NCBI GenBank assembly: GCA_037441845.1
Contig: JBBIRK010000001.1
Span: 401,284 to 465,283, forward strand
Direction of reading: 5' to 3'
Origin: Candidatus Zixiibacteriota bacterium
GTDB taxonomy: Bacteria; Zixibacteria; MSB-5A5; UBA10806; 4484-95
DNA: 64,000 nt
The position numbers and the translations under genes were made by a program. Of the stretch, positions 30,386 through 40,948 are shown one piece after another; positions within the stretch are counted from its first letter, which is position 1, and each line of letters starts with the position of its first letter. Below the pieces are notes generated by a model, which made no database searches, was not told where the DNA came from, and saw nothing but the letters and a program-made list of their open reading frames with translations.

Positions 30386-33018
30386 TGCGAAAATCTGTCC
30401 TTCAAGGCGGATACCGCGGCCTCGATCTTGTCTATCGACAACGATCCTCTTATGGTCGGCTTGCCGCCCCCGCGCGCGTCGGCGGTGCTCATCAAAACCT
30501 CTTTCACGGCATTGGCCGAATCGTAGTTCGGCGAGTGGATGGCGAACTGCCCGGTCGTATCGGAAACGACGATGGTGGTGCTGCCGTTGATATCGGCGCC
30601 GTTCCGCGCTTTAATAGCGTCGAAATAACTCAAGAATTCGTCCGGCTTTTCGTTTTTGATTCTATGGAAGAACAGATACCCTTGCTTCGTCTGTAACTGG
30701 AGAATCGGAGCGTTTTGCGCCGCCTGTTGTTCGATTGTCTTGACATTCGACAAAGCTTTTTGTTTCTCGATTTTAACCATCTTATCGAGCAATTCGGCCG
30801 AGCGTAGGTCGAGATTATTTCGGGCCAACAGCCGGGGATGGATTTCGGCGCGCAGCGATTTCAGTTCGGCGATCAACTCCTGGCTCGGTTTTTCGCTTGG
30901 AGTTTTAAGAACCAGCTCCAACCTTTCCGACAAACCGTTCTGTGTTTCTTTGAAAAGATTAAGCTGCCTGCCCGTTATCGCCTCAATCCGCCTGATACCG
31001 GCGGCGACGGCGCTCTCGGACAAGATGAAAATGCCGCCGATATCGCCGGTATGGGTTACGTGGCATCCGCCGCATAGCTCCATGGAAAAATCGCCGGATT
31101 TGACCACCCGCACCGTTTCACCGTATTTTTCCCCGAACAGCGCCATGGCGCCCGCTTTTTTGGCATCTGCAAGACTCATAAATTGCCAACTCACCGGCAA
31201 ATCGGCTTCGATTTTCTCGTTGACCAACCTTTCAACCGCCTCGATTTCCGCGATGGTCATCGCCCTGAAATGGGAAAAATCGAAACGCAGCCTTTCCGGG
31301 GCCACCAGCGAACCGGATTGGGTGACGTGATCCCCGAGCACCATGCGCAGGGCTTTATGAAGCAGATGAGTGGCGGTATGATTGCGCTGTATATCGGCGC
31401 GGCGTTCGGCGTCGATTGCGGCCCTCACGTTGAGCCCCTCACAAATACCCCCGGCACTCCCTTGTATGATCTCGCCGATATGCACATGCTCATCGTTGAC
31501 TTTCAAGGTATCCGTCACCCGTATCCTGAAATTGTCGCCGGAAATCTCACCGGTATCTCCCACTTGCCCGCCGCTTTCGGCATAAAACGGGGTCTGTTCG
31601 AGAATCAACTGACATTTTCGATCGTCTATTTTGCCGCCCAGAATGGTGGTGGTGAGCTCACTTTCGCCATAGAGAAATTTCTCGATACCCGGCCTTCTTG
31701 CTCGAGAAGTCGTATCCATCGACAGCGGTTTGAATTTACTTTCGGCGCGCGACCGTTCCCGTTGTTGCTTGAGCTCCTTTTCGAATCCCCCCCAATCGAT
31801 GGATAGTCCTTTTTCGCGAGCCATAATCTCGGTCAAGTCCGGAGGGAAACCATAAGTATCATACAATTTGAATACGTCTTCGCCTCTAACCACTCCGCTC
31901 GTCCGCCGCGCGATTTCCTCGAACCGGGCAAGGCCGTTATCCAGAGTCCTGTTGAACTGCTCCTCTTCCGATTTTATCACCAGTTCAATTCGGCCTCTTT
32001 GGGAATTGAGCTCCGGATAAACCTGCCCCATCTTCTCGGCAAGCGGCTCCACCAGCCTGTAAATAAACGGCTCGGTCAGTCCCAGCTGATGACCATAGCG
32101 GGCGGCGCGGCGCAAAATCCTTCGCAATACATACCCTCTGCCCTCGTTGGAAATAATCGCATTGTCCGCGATAGCGAAAGCCAATGCCCGCGCATGATCG
32201 GCGATCACCCGATGGGCGACACCTTCGGAAGATCGTTCATACCGCTTGTTCGAAAGCTGTTCGATTTTTTCGAGCAACGGCCGAAATAGGTCGGTATCGT
32301 AATTCGAATCGACCCCTTGAATCACCATACACATCCGTTCGAGTCCGGCGCCGGTGTCCACTGATGGTCTCGGAAGCGGGGTATATTCGCCGCTTTCGTC
32401 GCGATTATATTGCATGAATACCAGGTTCCAGATCTCCATGAACCGGTCCCCTTCGCCGTTCAATTCGCCGGGCAGGTGATCGCCTCTATCGAAATGGATC
32501 TCCGAACAGGGGCCGCATGGCCCGGTATCCCCCATTGCCCAAAAATTGTCTTTCTCGCCGAAACGCAAGATGCGATCCTTCAATTCGGGAGCGATTTTGC
32601 GCCACAATTTTTCGGCCTCGTCGTCTTCTTTATATACTGTGGCATATAGCCGCTTGGGGTCGAGGCAATAGATTTTGGTGACCAGCTCCCAAGCGAACGA
32701 AATGGCCTCGGCTTTGAAATAATCGCCGAACGAGAAATTGCCGAGCATTTCGAAAAAGGTTTGATGCCTGGCGGTGAATCCAACCTGATCCAGGTCGTTG
32801 TGTTTGCCGCCGGCGCGGATACATTTCTGAACCGAGACCGCCCGACTATATTCCCGCTTCTCCAGGCCGATGAAGACATTCTTGAACTGGTTCATCCCGG
32901 CGTTGGTGAAAAGCAAGGTGGGGTCATCCTGTGGGATAACCGGAGACGACGGCACCACCCGATGACCGTTTCCGGCGAAATAATCGAGGAATGCCTGGCG
33001 AATGGCAACTGATTGCAT
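30382..33018 (-). CDS. alaS: Alanine--tRNA ligase
   Basis: LLFTNAGMNQFK, TFFEMLGNFSFGDYFK, WNLVFMQ, NHTATHLL, ELCGGCHV. Confidence 0.98.
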   Translation of the reverse strand: MQSVAIRQAFLDYFAGNGHRVVPSSPVIPQDDPTLLFTNAGMNQFKNVFIGLEKREYSRAVSVQKCIRAGGKHNDLDQVGFTARHQTFFEMLGNFSFGDYFKAEAISFAWELVTKIYCLDPKRLYATVYKEDDEAEKLWRKIAPELKDRILRFGEKDNFWAMGDTGPCGPCSEIHFDRGDHLPGELNGEGDRFMEIWNLVFMQYNRDESGEYTPLPRPSVDTGAGLERMCMVIQGVDSNYDTDLFRPLLEKIEQLSNKRYERSSEGVAHRVIADHARALAFAIADNAIISNEGRGYVLRRILRRAARYGHQLGLTEPFIYRLVEPLAEKMGQVYPELNSQRGRIELVIKSEEEQFNRTLDNGLARFEEIARRTSGVVRGEDVFKLYDTYGFPPDLTEIMAREKGLSIDWGGFEKELKQQRERSRAESKFKPLSMDTTSRARRPGIEKFLYGESELTTTILGGKIDDRKCQLILEQTPFYAESGGQVGDTGEISGDNFRIRVTDTLKVNDEHVHIGEIIQGSAGGICEGLNVRAAIDAERRADIQRNHTATHLLHKALRMVLGDHVTQSGSLVAPERLRFDFSHFRAMTIAEIEAVERLVNEKIEADLPVSWQFMSLADAKKAGAMALFGEKYGETVRVVKSGDFSMELCGGCHVTHTGDIGGIFILSESAVAAGIRRIEAITGRQLNLFKETQNGLSERLELVLKTPSEKPSQELIAELKSLRAEIHPRLLARNNLDLRSAELLDKMVKIEKQKALSNVKTIEQQAAQNAPILQLQTKQGYLFFHRIKNEKPDEFLSYFDAIKARNGADINGSTTIVVSDTTGQFAIHSPNYDSANAVKEVLMSTADARGGGKPTIRGSLSIDKIEAAVSALKDRFSQ

Positions 33019-33338
33019 GCGAATTAGATAATAGATAACCAGGGGAAAATCAAGTCTGAAGCCGCCGATGGCGGTATTGTCGCCGTTTTTGCTTTTCGCA
33101 ATTTCAACTTAACCGATCGGCGAATGGGCGATCCCGCTGGCTCGATCGAGTTTTTATTATGGGGAAACTTTAATCTCGCGAAATCTCCCAAGGCAAAGAC
33201 GTGAATTATTTACCGATGCCTGGTGAATCTTTTCGCCAAAAGCCATACCAGGGTGTATAATATCTTAATGATTACGATGAGGATCCCACGAAGGCTTGGG
33301 CGACGCATCCGGCATATTGAATATATAGTCCGGGAGGA

Positions 33339-35150
33339 ATGCTATTGTCGTTACTGAAAAGATTCCCGTCTTATAACACAATCCTTGAAGGCGCAGTGGT
33401 AACTTTCAAGCGATATCCTTTCGCCGTTTTATGCGCCATAATCGCCACCATAATCACAGTAAGCCTGGCCGATCGTGAATCGCTGGAACCGGAATATCTG
33501 TTGCGCCCGCTTCAATTCGCGTTAGCTTTAGGGCTGCCGCTATTCGTTGCCCTGACGCACCTGACCGAAAAACGGCAGTGGAAAAAAACCACCAGCCTGT
33601 TTGCGCAAATCAGCGGAGCTGTGATTCTTGCCGTGTATTATCTTTCGCTACCGGATAATGTCTTCGCGGCATATTCGCACCCGGTCCGATTTCTTCTAAT
33701 ATTTCTCGGTCTTCATTTTTTGGCGGCGGTTCTCCCATATTCCGGAGACAAACAGGATAGCGGGTTTTGGCGATATAATATTCTGCTTTTCTTGCGCTTT
33801 CTTAAAGCGGCTTTGTTTTCGGCCGTTCTATATATAGGTCTGATTATCGCCATTGCGGCGGCCGATCACCTATTCGATCTGGGGATTCCCGAACGGCGTT
33901 ATTTCCAAATTTGGCTTGTGATCGTCGGCATTTTCAACACCTTCATATTTCTGGGCGGCATCCCCCGGGATTTGAAAAGCCTCGACGGAGATCGCGTTTA
34001 TCCGAAGGCACTCGTAATTTTCACAAAGTATATCCTGGTGCCGCTGGTCATGGTCTATTTCGTTATCTTGATTTTATATGAGGCCAAGATCGCGATTGAA
34101 TGGAACTGGCCAAAAGGATGGGTGGCGCATCTTGTGTTGTGGTATTCGGTATTGGGGATTCTCTCCGTTTTGCTCTTGAATCCGTTGAGAGAATCGGCGG
34201 AACATCGCTGGATAGGGGTTGTCTCCAGATGGTTTTTCCGCACGTCGATTCCATTGATCGTGTTGCTGTTTCTTGCGATTTTCCGGCGGATCGGCGACTA
34301 CGGCCTTACCGAAAACCGTTATTTGGTGCTGGCGATGGCGTTGGGACTGAGCGTTGCGGCGATCTACCTTATCCTCAGCCGGAAAAAAGACATCCGCATC
34401 ATCCCCGGCATATTAAGTATCATCGCTTTCGTCAGCGCGATCGGGCCCTGGAGCGCTTTTGCACTCTCCGAAAACTCGCAACGGAATCGGCTGGAAGCGC
34501 TGATGAAACGAAATAATATTCTCGATCACGGCGTTGTTAAACATGCTTCAAGGGATATTTCATTTCGGGACCGACGGGAAATGAGCAACATAGTGGCATA
34601 TCTGAACGAGTGGCACGGCCTGCGGTCTTTCGCCAGCTGGTTTTCGGATGATGTCATGACGTCGCTCGATACTATTGCTATTGGAGAACGCAAAGCGGCG
34701 ATCACCGGATATCTCGGTTTCGAGCCGGTGGAGGCAAGCATCGGGGTCGCCGAGTCGGGACGTTTCTCATGGCGTCTTAAGCCCGGAAGCCCGGTCGATA
34801 TCGCCGGCTATGACTTCCTGCTCGGAATAACCATGATCGCGTCAAAAGTCAAACCGGATACCTTCACGGTCAATGGCATTTCGGGAAACCTGCGGTTTGA
34901 CGCCGTTAAATCAGTTCTTAAGGTTTCTTTGGGTGATATCAGTGATGACACCATCAACTTCTCGCTTAAGGACATTCTGAGCGGTTTGGTCTCATCGGAG
35001 GATTATGACCCGATAAAGAGCTTACGATTGTCGAGAAGCGGTGAACGATTCAGCGCCGCCCTTATCCTGAAGAGTATCTCCGGGTTTGCGGCGGAGGATT
35101 CGCTGAACATTCAGAGTTTCACCGCCGATCTCTTGTTTCGCCTTGATTAG
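33339..35150 (+). CDS. DUF4153-like membrane protein
   Basis: KRYP N-terminus, multiple TMs, WPKG, RIGDYGLTENRY, SQRNRL. Confidence 0.7.
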   Translation: MLLSLLKRFPSYNTILEGAVVTFKRYPFAVLCAIIATIITVSLADRESLEPEYLLRPLQFALALGLPLFVALTHLTEKRQWKKTTSLFAQISGAVILAVYYLSLPDNVFAAYSHPVRFLLIFLGLHFLAAVLPYSGDKQDSGFWRYNILLFLRFLKAALFSAVLYIGLIIAIAAADHLFDLGIPERRYFQIWLVIVGIFNTFIFLGGIPRDLKSLDGDRVYPKALVIFTKYILVPLVMVYFVILILYEAKIAIEWNWPKGWVAHLVLWYSVLGILSVLLLNPLRESAEHRWIGVVSRWFFRTSIPLIVLLFLAIFRRIGDYGLTENRYLVLAMALGLSVAAIYLILSRKKDIRIIPGILSIIAFVSAIGPWSAFALSENSQRNRLEALMKRNNILDHGVVKHASRDISFRDRREMSNIVAYLNEWHGLRSFASWFSDDVMTSLDTIAIGERKAAITGYLGFEPVEASIGVAESGRFSWRLKPGSPVDIAGYDFLLGITMIASKVKPDTFTVNGISGNLRFDAVKSVLKVSLGDISDDTINFSLKDILSGLVSSEDYDPIKSLRLSRSGERFSAALILKSISGFAAEDSLNIQSFTADLLFRLD

Positions 35151-35332
35151 CGACCTGCATGTAGAAAAAGCCGAAATGGATGCACCCTGAAAATCTTCTC
35201 TACGACGACTTAAAGCAGATTCATGTCGCTATCGGATTTTTGACCTAAAAAGCTTACACCGAAAGGGTCGGCACGCGGTAATAAATGAGAAGCTATTTAC
35301 AACAGTATTGTTCAAAGCTACCGTAATCCGGT

Positions 35333-36388
35333 TCAGCCGCCGGCAAAATACTTCTTCCGAAAGTAAAGAGCCACATTGACCAAACCCAGCATGACCGGAA
35401 CTTCTATCAACGGTCCAATCACTGTGGCGAACGCCACTCCGGAACCGATACCGAATACCGCCACTGCCACCGCTATGGCCAGCTCGAAATCATTGCTGGC
35501 GGCGGTCAGCGACACGGTAGCTGTGGGAGCATATGCAGCGCCCAACCGGCGAGACATGAAAAATGTGATGGCAAACATGATGAAAAAGTATGCCGCCAGC
35601 GGTATGGCCACCCGCACCACATCCAGCGGCAATCTAACTATCAGCTCGCCCTTGAAAGAAAACATCACCAATATGGTAAACAACAAAGCAATAAGCGTCA
35701 CCGGGCTGATCCGAGGAATCAACACTTTTTCATACCAATCGCGGCCTTTCAGGGCCAGGAATGCAAACCTCGTGATGATTCCCGCGATGAATGGAATGCC
35801 CAAGTAAATGAACACGCTCTTTGCGATCTCCCCTAAACTGACATCGACTATGCTTCCTTTCATGCCGAATATCGGCGGAAGCATGGTGACGAATATCCAA
35901 GTATAAAAGCTATAAAAAAGCACCTGGAAAACCGCGTTGAACGCGACCAATCCAGCCACCAGATCACGATCGGCTTGCGCAAGGTCATTCCAAACCAGAA
36001 CCATAGCTATACAGCGCGCCAATCCCACCAAGATAAGCCCAATAGCATACTCCGGGAGGTCGCGCAAAAGCAAAACCGCCAGAAGAAACATCACGACCGG
36101 CCCCACGACCCAATTCTGAAACAGCGACAACGCCAATACCTTGCGATGTTGGAATACAGTTCCAAAGGCCTCGTATCTTACCTTAGCCAGCACCGGATAC
36201 ATCATCAATATCAGCCCGATTGCAATAGGGATATTGGTCGTTCCGGCCGAGAATTTGTCCCAAAAGCCGGCCACTCCGGGGAAAAAGTAACCCCAGGCAA
36301 CGCCGACCGCCATGGCCGTAAAAATCCATATCGTCAAGTATCTATCCAAAAACCCCAATCTTCGCACAACCGAATCGTTACCCTTCAT
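35333..36388 (-). CDS. acr3: ACR3-family arsenite efflux transporter
   Basis: [51 protein letters not shown]. Confidence 0.95.
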   Translation of the reverse strand: MKGNDSVVRRLGFLDRYLTIWIFTAMAVGVAWGYFFPGVAGFWDKFSAGTTNIPIAIGLILMMYPVLAKVRYEAFGTVFQHRKVLALSLFQNWVVGPVVMFLLAVLLLRDLPEYAIGLILVGLARCIAMVLVWNDLAQADRDLVAGLVAFNAVFQVLFYSFYTWIFVTMLPPIFGMKGSIVDVSLGEIAKSVFIYLGIPFIAGIITRFAFLALKGRDWYEKVLIPRISPVTLIALLFTILVMFSFKGELIVRLPLDVVRVAIPLAAYFFIMFAITFFMSRRLGAAYAPTATVSLTAASNDFELAIAVAVAVFGIGSGVAFATVIGPLIEVPVMLGLVNVALYFRKKYFAGG

Positions 36389-36444
36389 TTCTTTATCTTT
36401 CCTTAACGCGATCAATTAAGACCAGCCATCGGTCAGGCATTCAA

Positions 36445-36857
36445 TTAATGCCCAAGATAGTCACTGATCCGTTTTTCCATTTTAACTCGTATGATGCGAA
36501 ATTTATTCATTCACCTACCTGGAAACCGCCCGCTGTAGTCGAATCATCGAAAGGCAAAGACAATGCCTCCAATGCGAACAGATAGAAGCGCGGGCGATTT
36601 ATTAGCCAGTCCGCAGACGAAAAGCTCATGCTTAATCGATACTTTGCCGAAGACGACATCGACTCCCTTAGGTGTGGTCGGGATATGTCCGAACCGATTT
36701 CATTCATCAACTTAATCGCCAAGGAATACGCATGTTGCGGATCAAGCCCGGCGTCTTAAACATCGAATACGCCTCCCGCATACCTCCATAGAAACGGGTC
36801 CGCCGACTGACCACGGCAAGAATCGCCGGTGCAAAGAAAAAGAACATTTTGTATCAT
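36445..36857 (-). pseudogene. Decayed second arsenate reductase (ArsC, LMW-PTP type)
   Basis: MIQNVLFLCTGDSCRGQ..., in-frame TAA at 36756-36758, then frameshifted fragments ...FVCG..., ...PFDDS..., ...FRIIRVKMEKRI; start overlaps the arsC stop. Confidence 0.8.
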
Positions 36858-37297
36858 GATCGTCCATTTTCCCCAAAAGGAAGTCCATCCGGCAAAGTCA
36901 TCACGAAATCCCTGATTTCGTCTCGAACGCGCCGATAATGCGACAATGCCTCTTCTTCGGTCTTCGCCGATTCAGCAAGTTTCGGCGGATCATCGAACCC
37001 GTGATGAATTTTAATCGCTTTGCCGGGGAAAACCGGGCAATTCCGATCGGCATCGGAGCAAACGGTTATCACGAAATCGAACTCCTGGGTATTCAAATCA
37101 GCGGTCGTCTTGGATTTGTGGAAAGAAATATCCACCCCGGCCTCGGCCATCACTTTCACGGCATTCGGATTCAGCCCGCGAGCCTCTATTCCGGCGGAAT
37201 ACGCCCTAATGACATCTCCTTTGAGTTTTCTGGCCCAGCCCTCGGCCATCTGGCTGCGACAAGAGTTGCCGGTGCATAGGAACAACACTTTCAGCAT
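36854..37297 (-). CDS. arsC: Thioredoxin-coupled arsenate reductase
   Basis: LFLCTGNSCRSQMAEG, TVC...CP, FDDP, RRVRDEI. Confidence 0.95.
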   Translation of the reverse strand: MLKVLFLCTGNSCRSQMAEGWARKLKGDVIRAYSAGIEARGLNPNAVKVMAEAGVDISFHKSKTTADLNTQEFDFVITVCSDADRNCPVFPGKAIKIHHGFDDPPKLAESAKTEEEALSHYRRVRDEIRDFVMTLPDGLPFGENGRS

Positions 37298-37663
37298 TTT
37301 TTGCGCCTCTCGCATAACTCTTCGGGTTCGAGCTTCAGTATTTCTTTTAAGCGTCGATCATCGGCTCGGGCCGTTCGAGTTTGCCGGGCATTTCGCAGGA
37401 TTGATTTTAGAGCGTCGTTCGGTACTCCTTTGGCATCCGACCCGGCAAGAGTGTAAAAAACCCCACCGACCCTTCTTTCGAAATTTGACCAACCTTGCCT
37501 CTTTAAGTATTTGCAAATGCTTGGATATGGTCGATGGCGCCAGCTTAAGCAGTTCAACGACCTGGCAGACACACAATTCCCGATCTTCAAGGGCAAGAGC
37601 GATTCTTATCCGAGTTTCATCGGCCAGCGCCTTAACCCCTCCGATCTCGAGAATCGCAGTCAT
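37291..37663 (-). pseudogene. arsR: ArsR/SmtB regulator with +1 frameshift at a G4T6 run (37455-37464)
   Basis: KALADETR...ELCVC...STISKHL...KKGRW. Removing one base gives ...GRWVFYTLAG...EELCERRKKC (123 aa), whose stop overlaps the arsC start. Confidence 0.82.
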
Positions 37664-37702
37664 TTTTCCCCAGCCATCCGCATAATCGAAAATTCATTAC
37701 TA

Positions 37703-37724
37703 CATTTCGCTATTTAATGAAACA
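37703..37724. promoter_or_regulatory. Putative ArsR operator (type 2)
   Basis: Imperfect inverted repeat cATTTCGc-N6-aTGAAAca upstream of the second arsR. Confidence 0.5.
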
Positions 37725-37759
37725 TCCTCGATCGTTGTTCCGTTCTAATGCCCTCATCT

Positions 37760-38455
37760 TCAAAAATTCACGCCGAAAATATAAATCATGGAGTAATAGA
37801 CACCTATGAGAATGAAAGCCACGGCCGTGAGTTTCCGCGCCCACCTTTCAAATACACTTATCTTATTGAAAGCCGCTCCCACCCATCGCACTCCGAGAGC
37901 GATGAGTACGGCGAACGCCACAACCGGCAAGGCGGTCCCGATACCGTAAATCGTAGGCACAATTACCGACGATTGATGGTCCAGCGCCAGGGGAATCAGG
38001 CTGCCGAAAAACAACGCCGCCGAAATCGGGCAAAACGAAAGCGCGAACAACAATCCTAGCAATCCCGCCCCCCATACGCCCATGCTTTCCACCTTACCTT
38101 GCAAGGATGAACCGAGTCCGCCGCCGGGGAAAGTGATCGAGATCAAATCCAATAAGACCAATCCGACAATTATAAGAATCGGCCCCAGAATCTTGTTCAT
38201 ATTTTGCTGAAGAAACATGGCCAACTCCGGGATTGACAACAATCCGGCCACGATCAGCATGCCAAGCGTAAGATAAGTCAGCATCCGCCCGAACGTATAA
38301 AGCAGACCGGCGATCAGCACTTTCCGGGGACTGCCCACCTGTCGCCCGATGTAACCTATAGCCGCTATATTGGTGGCCAGCGGGCAAGGGGATATGGAGG
38401 TGAGGATTCCCAACCAGATCGCGGTGCTGATTGCGACCGTAATAGACTCCATCAA
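37760..38455 (-). CDS. ArsG / DsbD_2-family membrane protein
   Basis: GILTSISPCPLATNIAA and FALSFCPISAALFFG. Confidence 0.85.
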   Translation of the reverse strand: MMESITVAISTAIWLGILTSISPCPLATNIAAIGYIGRQVGSPRKVLIAGLLYTFGRMLTYLTLGMLIVAGLLSIPELAMFLQQNMNKILGPILIIVGLVLLDLISITFPGGGLGSSLQGKVESMGVWGAGLLGLLFALSFCPISAALFFGSLIPLALDHQSSVIVPTIYGIGTALPVVAFAVLIALGVRWVGAAFNKISVFERWARKLTAVAFILIGVYYSMIYIFGVNF

Positions 38456-38952
38456 CTCTCCTTCAAATAAGCCCCTATTTCATCCCGCACATACTTGAAA
38501 AATTCTTCTTTGTTTCTTAGGAGCTGCCAGACTTTGGTCAGGTTTTTCCATTCTATTTGCTTGCCGTCTTCAAGGCGACTGATAATCAGGGACTTGGCGT
38601 AAAGTCGGTAGTCATCGATATAATGTTTGTATTTGGATTCATCGACATTAATAGACTCAAACTTCAAAATCCCCGTTTTCAGCTCCTCGACAAATCCGGT
38701 CTCGATCGCCTCTCTGGAGTATGCCTCTATTTTTTTGCATGAGGCGCAGCGATACGTCGTATGGAAATAGTAAGCGATCACTTTGGGCGTAGCGGCGGCG
38801 GAATCTTTATTCGCCTTCACTGTATCGACGCCTTCGGTCGAATGGGCAGTCCGGTTTCCATTGTTTGACTCAGCCTCCAAGCCTATACGCCAAAAACCAA
38901 TCAAGGCGAAAACCATCGTTGCAATAAAAATTAAAGAGTGTCGTCGTCTCAC
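38452..38952 (-). CDS. ArsF-family exported thioredoxin-like protein
   Basis: Signal/anchor; YYFHTTYRCASCKKIE; WKNLTKVW. Confidence 0.8.
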   Translation of the reverse strand: MRRRHSLIFIATMVFALIGFWRIGLEAESNNGNRTAHSTEGVDTVKANKDSAAATPKVIAYYFHTTYRCASCKKIEAYSREAIETGFVEELKTGILKFESINVDESKYKHYIDDYRLYAKSLIISRLEDGKQIEWKNLTKVWQLLRNKEEFFKYVRDEIGAYLKES

Positions 38953-38966
38953 GGTGTAATTCCCCT

Positions 38967-39407
38967 TTATTTTTCGCTCGCCAATAATTTCTCAGCGTGC
39001 TCATAGGCGCGTGTTATATGCTCCTGATCGACTTTGGTGCGGCCCTTTTCCATGCCGAGTTCTGAAAGCGAGACGTGATCGAAAAGCGTAACTTTCGCCT
39101 TCTCCATGGCGGATTTGGCGCAATTTTCCGGACACCCGTCGATAACGATGATCCTCTCGGCGGCCTTGATCGGATCCATGGCAAAATCGATTCCGTTTGC
39201 CACTGCCGCCAGACAACCCATCGATGCCAGCCTCATTCGGGAAATACGGCGCGCCGCCTGATCCGCGACCGCGCCGACATCGGACGCACCGGAACAGGCG
39301 AAAACCAGTCGCGGCGCTCCGCCGCAGCAGGAGTGTTTGATTTCCCCGGCGACAGTTTCGTTTTTACTAGAACCGCCCCCGCAACAGTTACTTTGCGTAT
39401 TTTCCAT
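38967..39407 (-). CDS. DGC-domain putative zinc-binding protein
   Basis: FACSGASDVG, MGCLA, IDGCPENCA; N-terminal CCGG repeats; GAGG RBS before ATG 39407. Confidence 0.85.
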   Translation of the reverse strand: MENTQSNCCGGGSSKNETVAGEIKHSCCGGAPRLVFACSGASDVGAVADQAARRISRMRLASMGCLAAVANGIDFAMDPIKAAERIIVIDGCPENCAKSAMEKAKVTLFDHVSLSELGMEKGRTKVDQEHITRAYEHAEKLLASEK

Positions 39408-39433
39408 AACTACCTCACATTTTCCTCTATTTT

Positions 39434-39667
39434 TCAAGCGATGAGCTTCTTCAATTCTTCGACAGAAGGCACTTTGCCGGTTAACTTCACTTCGCCATCG
39501 ACAACCAACGCCGGCGTCATCACCACTCCGTAGGCCATGATTTGCTGAATGTCCTCCACCTTTACGATATCGCACTCCAAATTGAGCTGCGCGGCCGCCT
39601 CCTTGGTCAGCTCGGTGAGTTTTTTGCATTTAGGGCAGCCGGTACCGAGAATTTCTATTTTCTTCAT
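39434..39667 (-). CDS. Small thioredoxin-family protein (MTH895/ArsE type)
   Basis: ILGTGCPKC, YGVVMTPALVVDG, GKVPS. Confidence 0.9.
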   Translation of the reverse strand: MKKIEILGTGCPKCKKLTELTKEAAAQLNLECDIVKVEDIQQIMAYGVVMTPALVVDGEVKLTGKVPSVEELKKLIA

Positions 39668-39688
39668 CTTAAAACGCTCCTCGTTTTA

Positions 39689-40921
39689 TTATCTTATTTT
39701 CTGCCCGCCCATCATATAAAAGTAGGTAGCCGCCCAGTTGCCCAATATCGTGACTATTCCAAACAAGAACATGCCAACACTCATCAACGCCCAGCCGGAC
39801 ATGATGTTTCCCACTACACACCCGCCCGCAAAAGCCGCGCCGACCCCTACCATGACTCCCCCAAACAAGGCGAACAACATCTCATCGGGCGGCTTGGGCA
39901 ACAGCTTGACCTGCCCCGACATCCTGCCGGAAACCCAAGCGCCAACCGGAAATGCCAGCACTTCCAACACGAGCCACCAAATAATTTTTTTGCCGCCGGG
40001 TTTGGATATTTGCGCCGGCGTCGCCGACGAGGCGGATTTGCCCGAGGAAGCGGGCTGATTAGCGTAAATATGACTGAAATCGCTGTCAACCAGAAGCAGT
40101 TCCACCTGCATCACGCCGTGGGTCACGCCCAGCGGATAGTTCCTCCCGCTGGCGGCTGATGAGAGATACGCGGGAACCATCAACAAACCTATCGCAATGC
40201 CCGATATCCACGGCCTCCAGGGCCGTGTCAAAACATGCTGCAACCAAGATAATTTCTTGCTTTTTGAGCGTTTGGCGGCCGAACCACGAAAACCGTTCTT
40301 GAACACCAATGCGGCCGATAGCGTCGCCAAAACAAAAAGCAAGGCAAGCACCCAGAACGGAATGCCGGTAAGCGCGAATAGGCTGACTGCCTTGCCGCCG
40401 GCAAGCGATAATTCGTGTTTCTTCATCCAATCATTCAGGCCGTTCAGCGGACCGTATTCAACCATCATGACACCGATAGGGATTCCCAGTAGCGCGATAA
40501 TCGAATTGAGATTGCCCGTTGCCCCTTTATACATGCAACCGCTGATACAACCGCCGGAAAAAACCATTCCCACTCCAAAAATAAGACCGCCGACTATATA
40601 GTTCAGGTAAAGCAAAGGTTTCGGACTTAGCTTCACCGCGCCAATAAGATCCAGCACCGCGAATCCGAGCATCGCCACCACGATCAGTATCCACAGCCCG
40701 ACGATTTTGCGGAAATCGCGCATGATAATGATTTCACTGAACGCCGACGACCCGCAAAGATCACCTTTCTGCAAAAAGAAACCGAATAGAAATCCGATAG
40801 GAATCGCGGTCAACACCCACAGTCCGGTAACTCCGGAAACGATGATTATTCCGATCATTCCCAGCAGACTCACGATCGAATACGCCCGCCAATTCACACC
40901 AACCATTTTCGCTCTTTCCAA
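39689..40921 (-). CDS. YeeE/YedE-family sulfur-compound transporter
   Basis: GFLFGFFLQKGDLC, FGVGMVFSGGC, GAAFAGGCVVGN. Confidence 0.88.
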   Translation of the reverse strand: MERAKMVGVNWRAYSIVSLLGMIGIIIVSGVTGLWVLTAIPIGFLFGFFLQKGDLCGSSAFSEIIIMRDFRKIVGLWILIVVAMLGFAVLDLIGAVKLSPKPLLYLNYIVGGLIFGVGMVFSGGCISGCMYKGATGNLNSIIALLGIPIGVMMVEYGPLNGLNDWMKKHELSLAGGKAVSLFALTGIPFWVLALLFVLATLSAALVFKNGFRGSAAKRSKSKKLSWLQHVLTRPWRPWISGIAIGLLMVPAYLSSAASGRNYPLGVTHGVMQVELLLVDSDFSHIYANQPASSGKSASSATPAQISKPGGKKIIWWLVLEVLAFPVGAWVSGRMSGQVKLLPKPPDEMLFALFGGVMVGVGAAFAGGCVVGNIMSGWALMSVGMFLFGIVTILGNWAATYFYMMGGQKIR

Positions 40922-40948
40922 TCTCGTTCCTCCCGATGCGTGGCCTAA

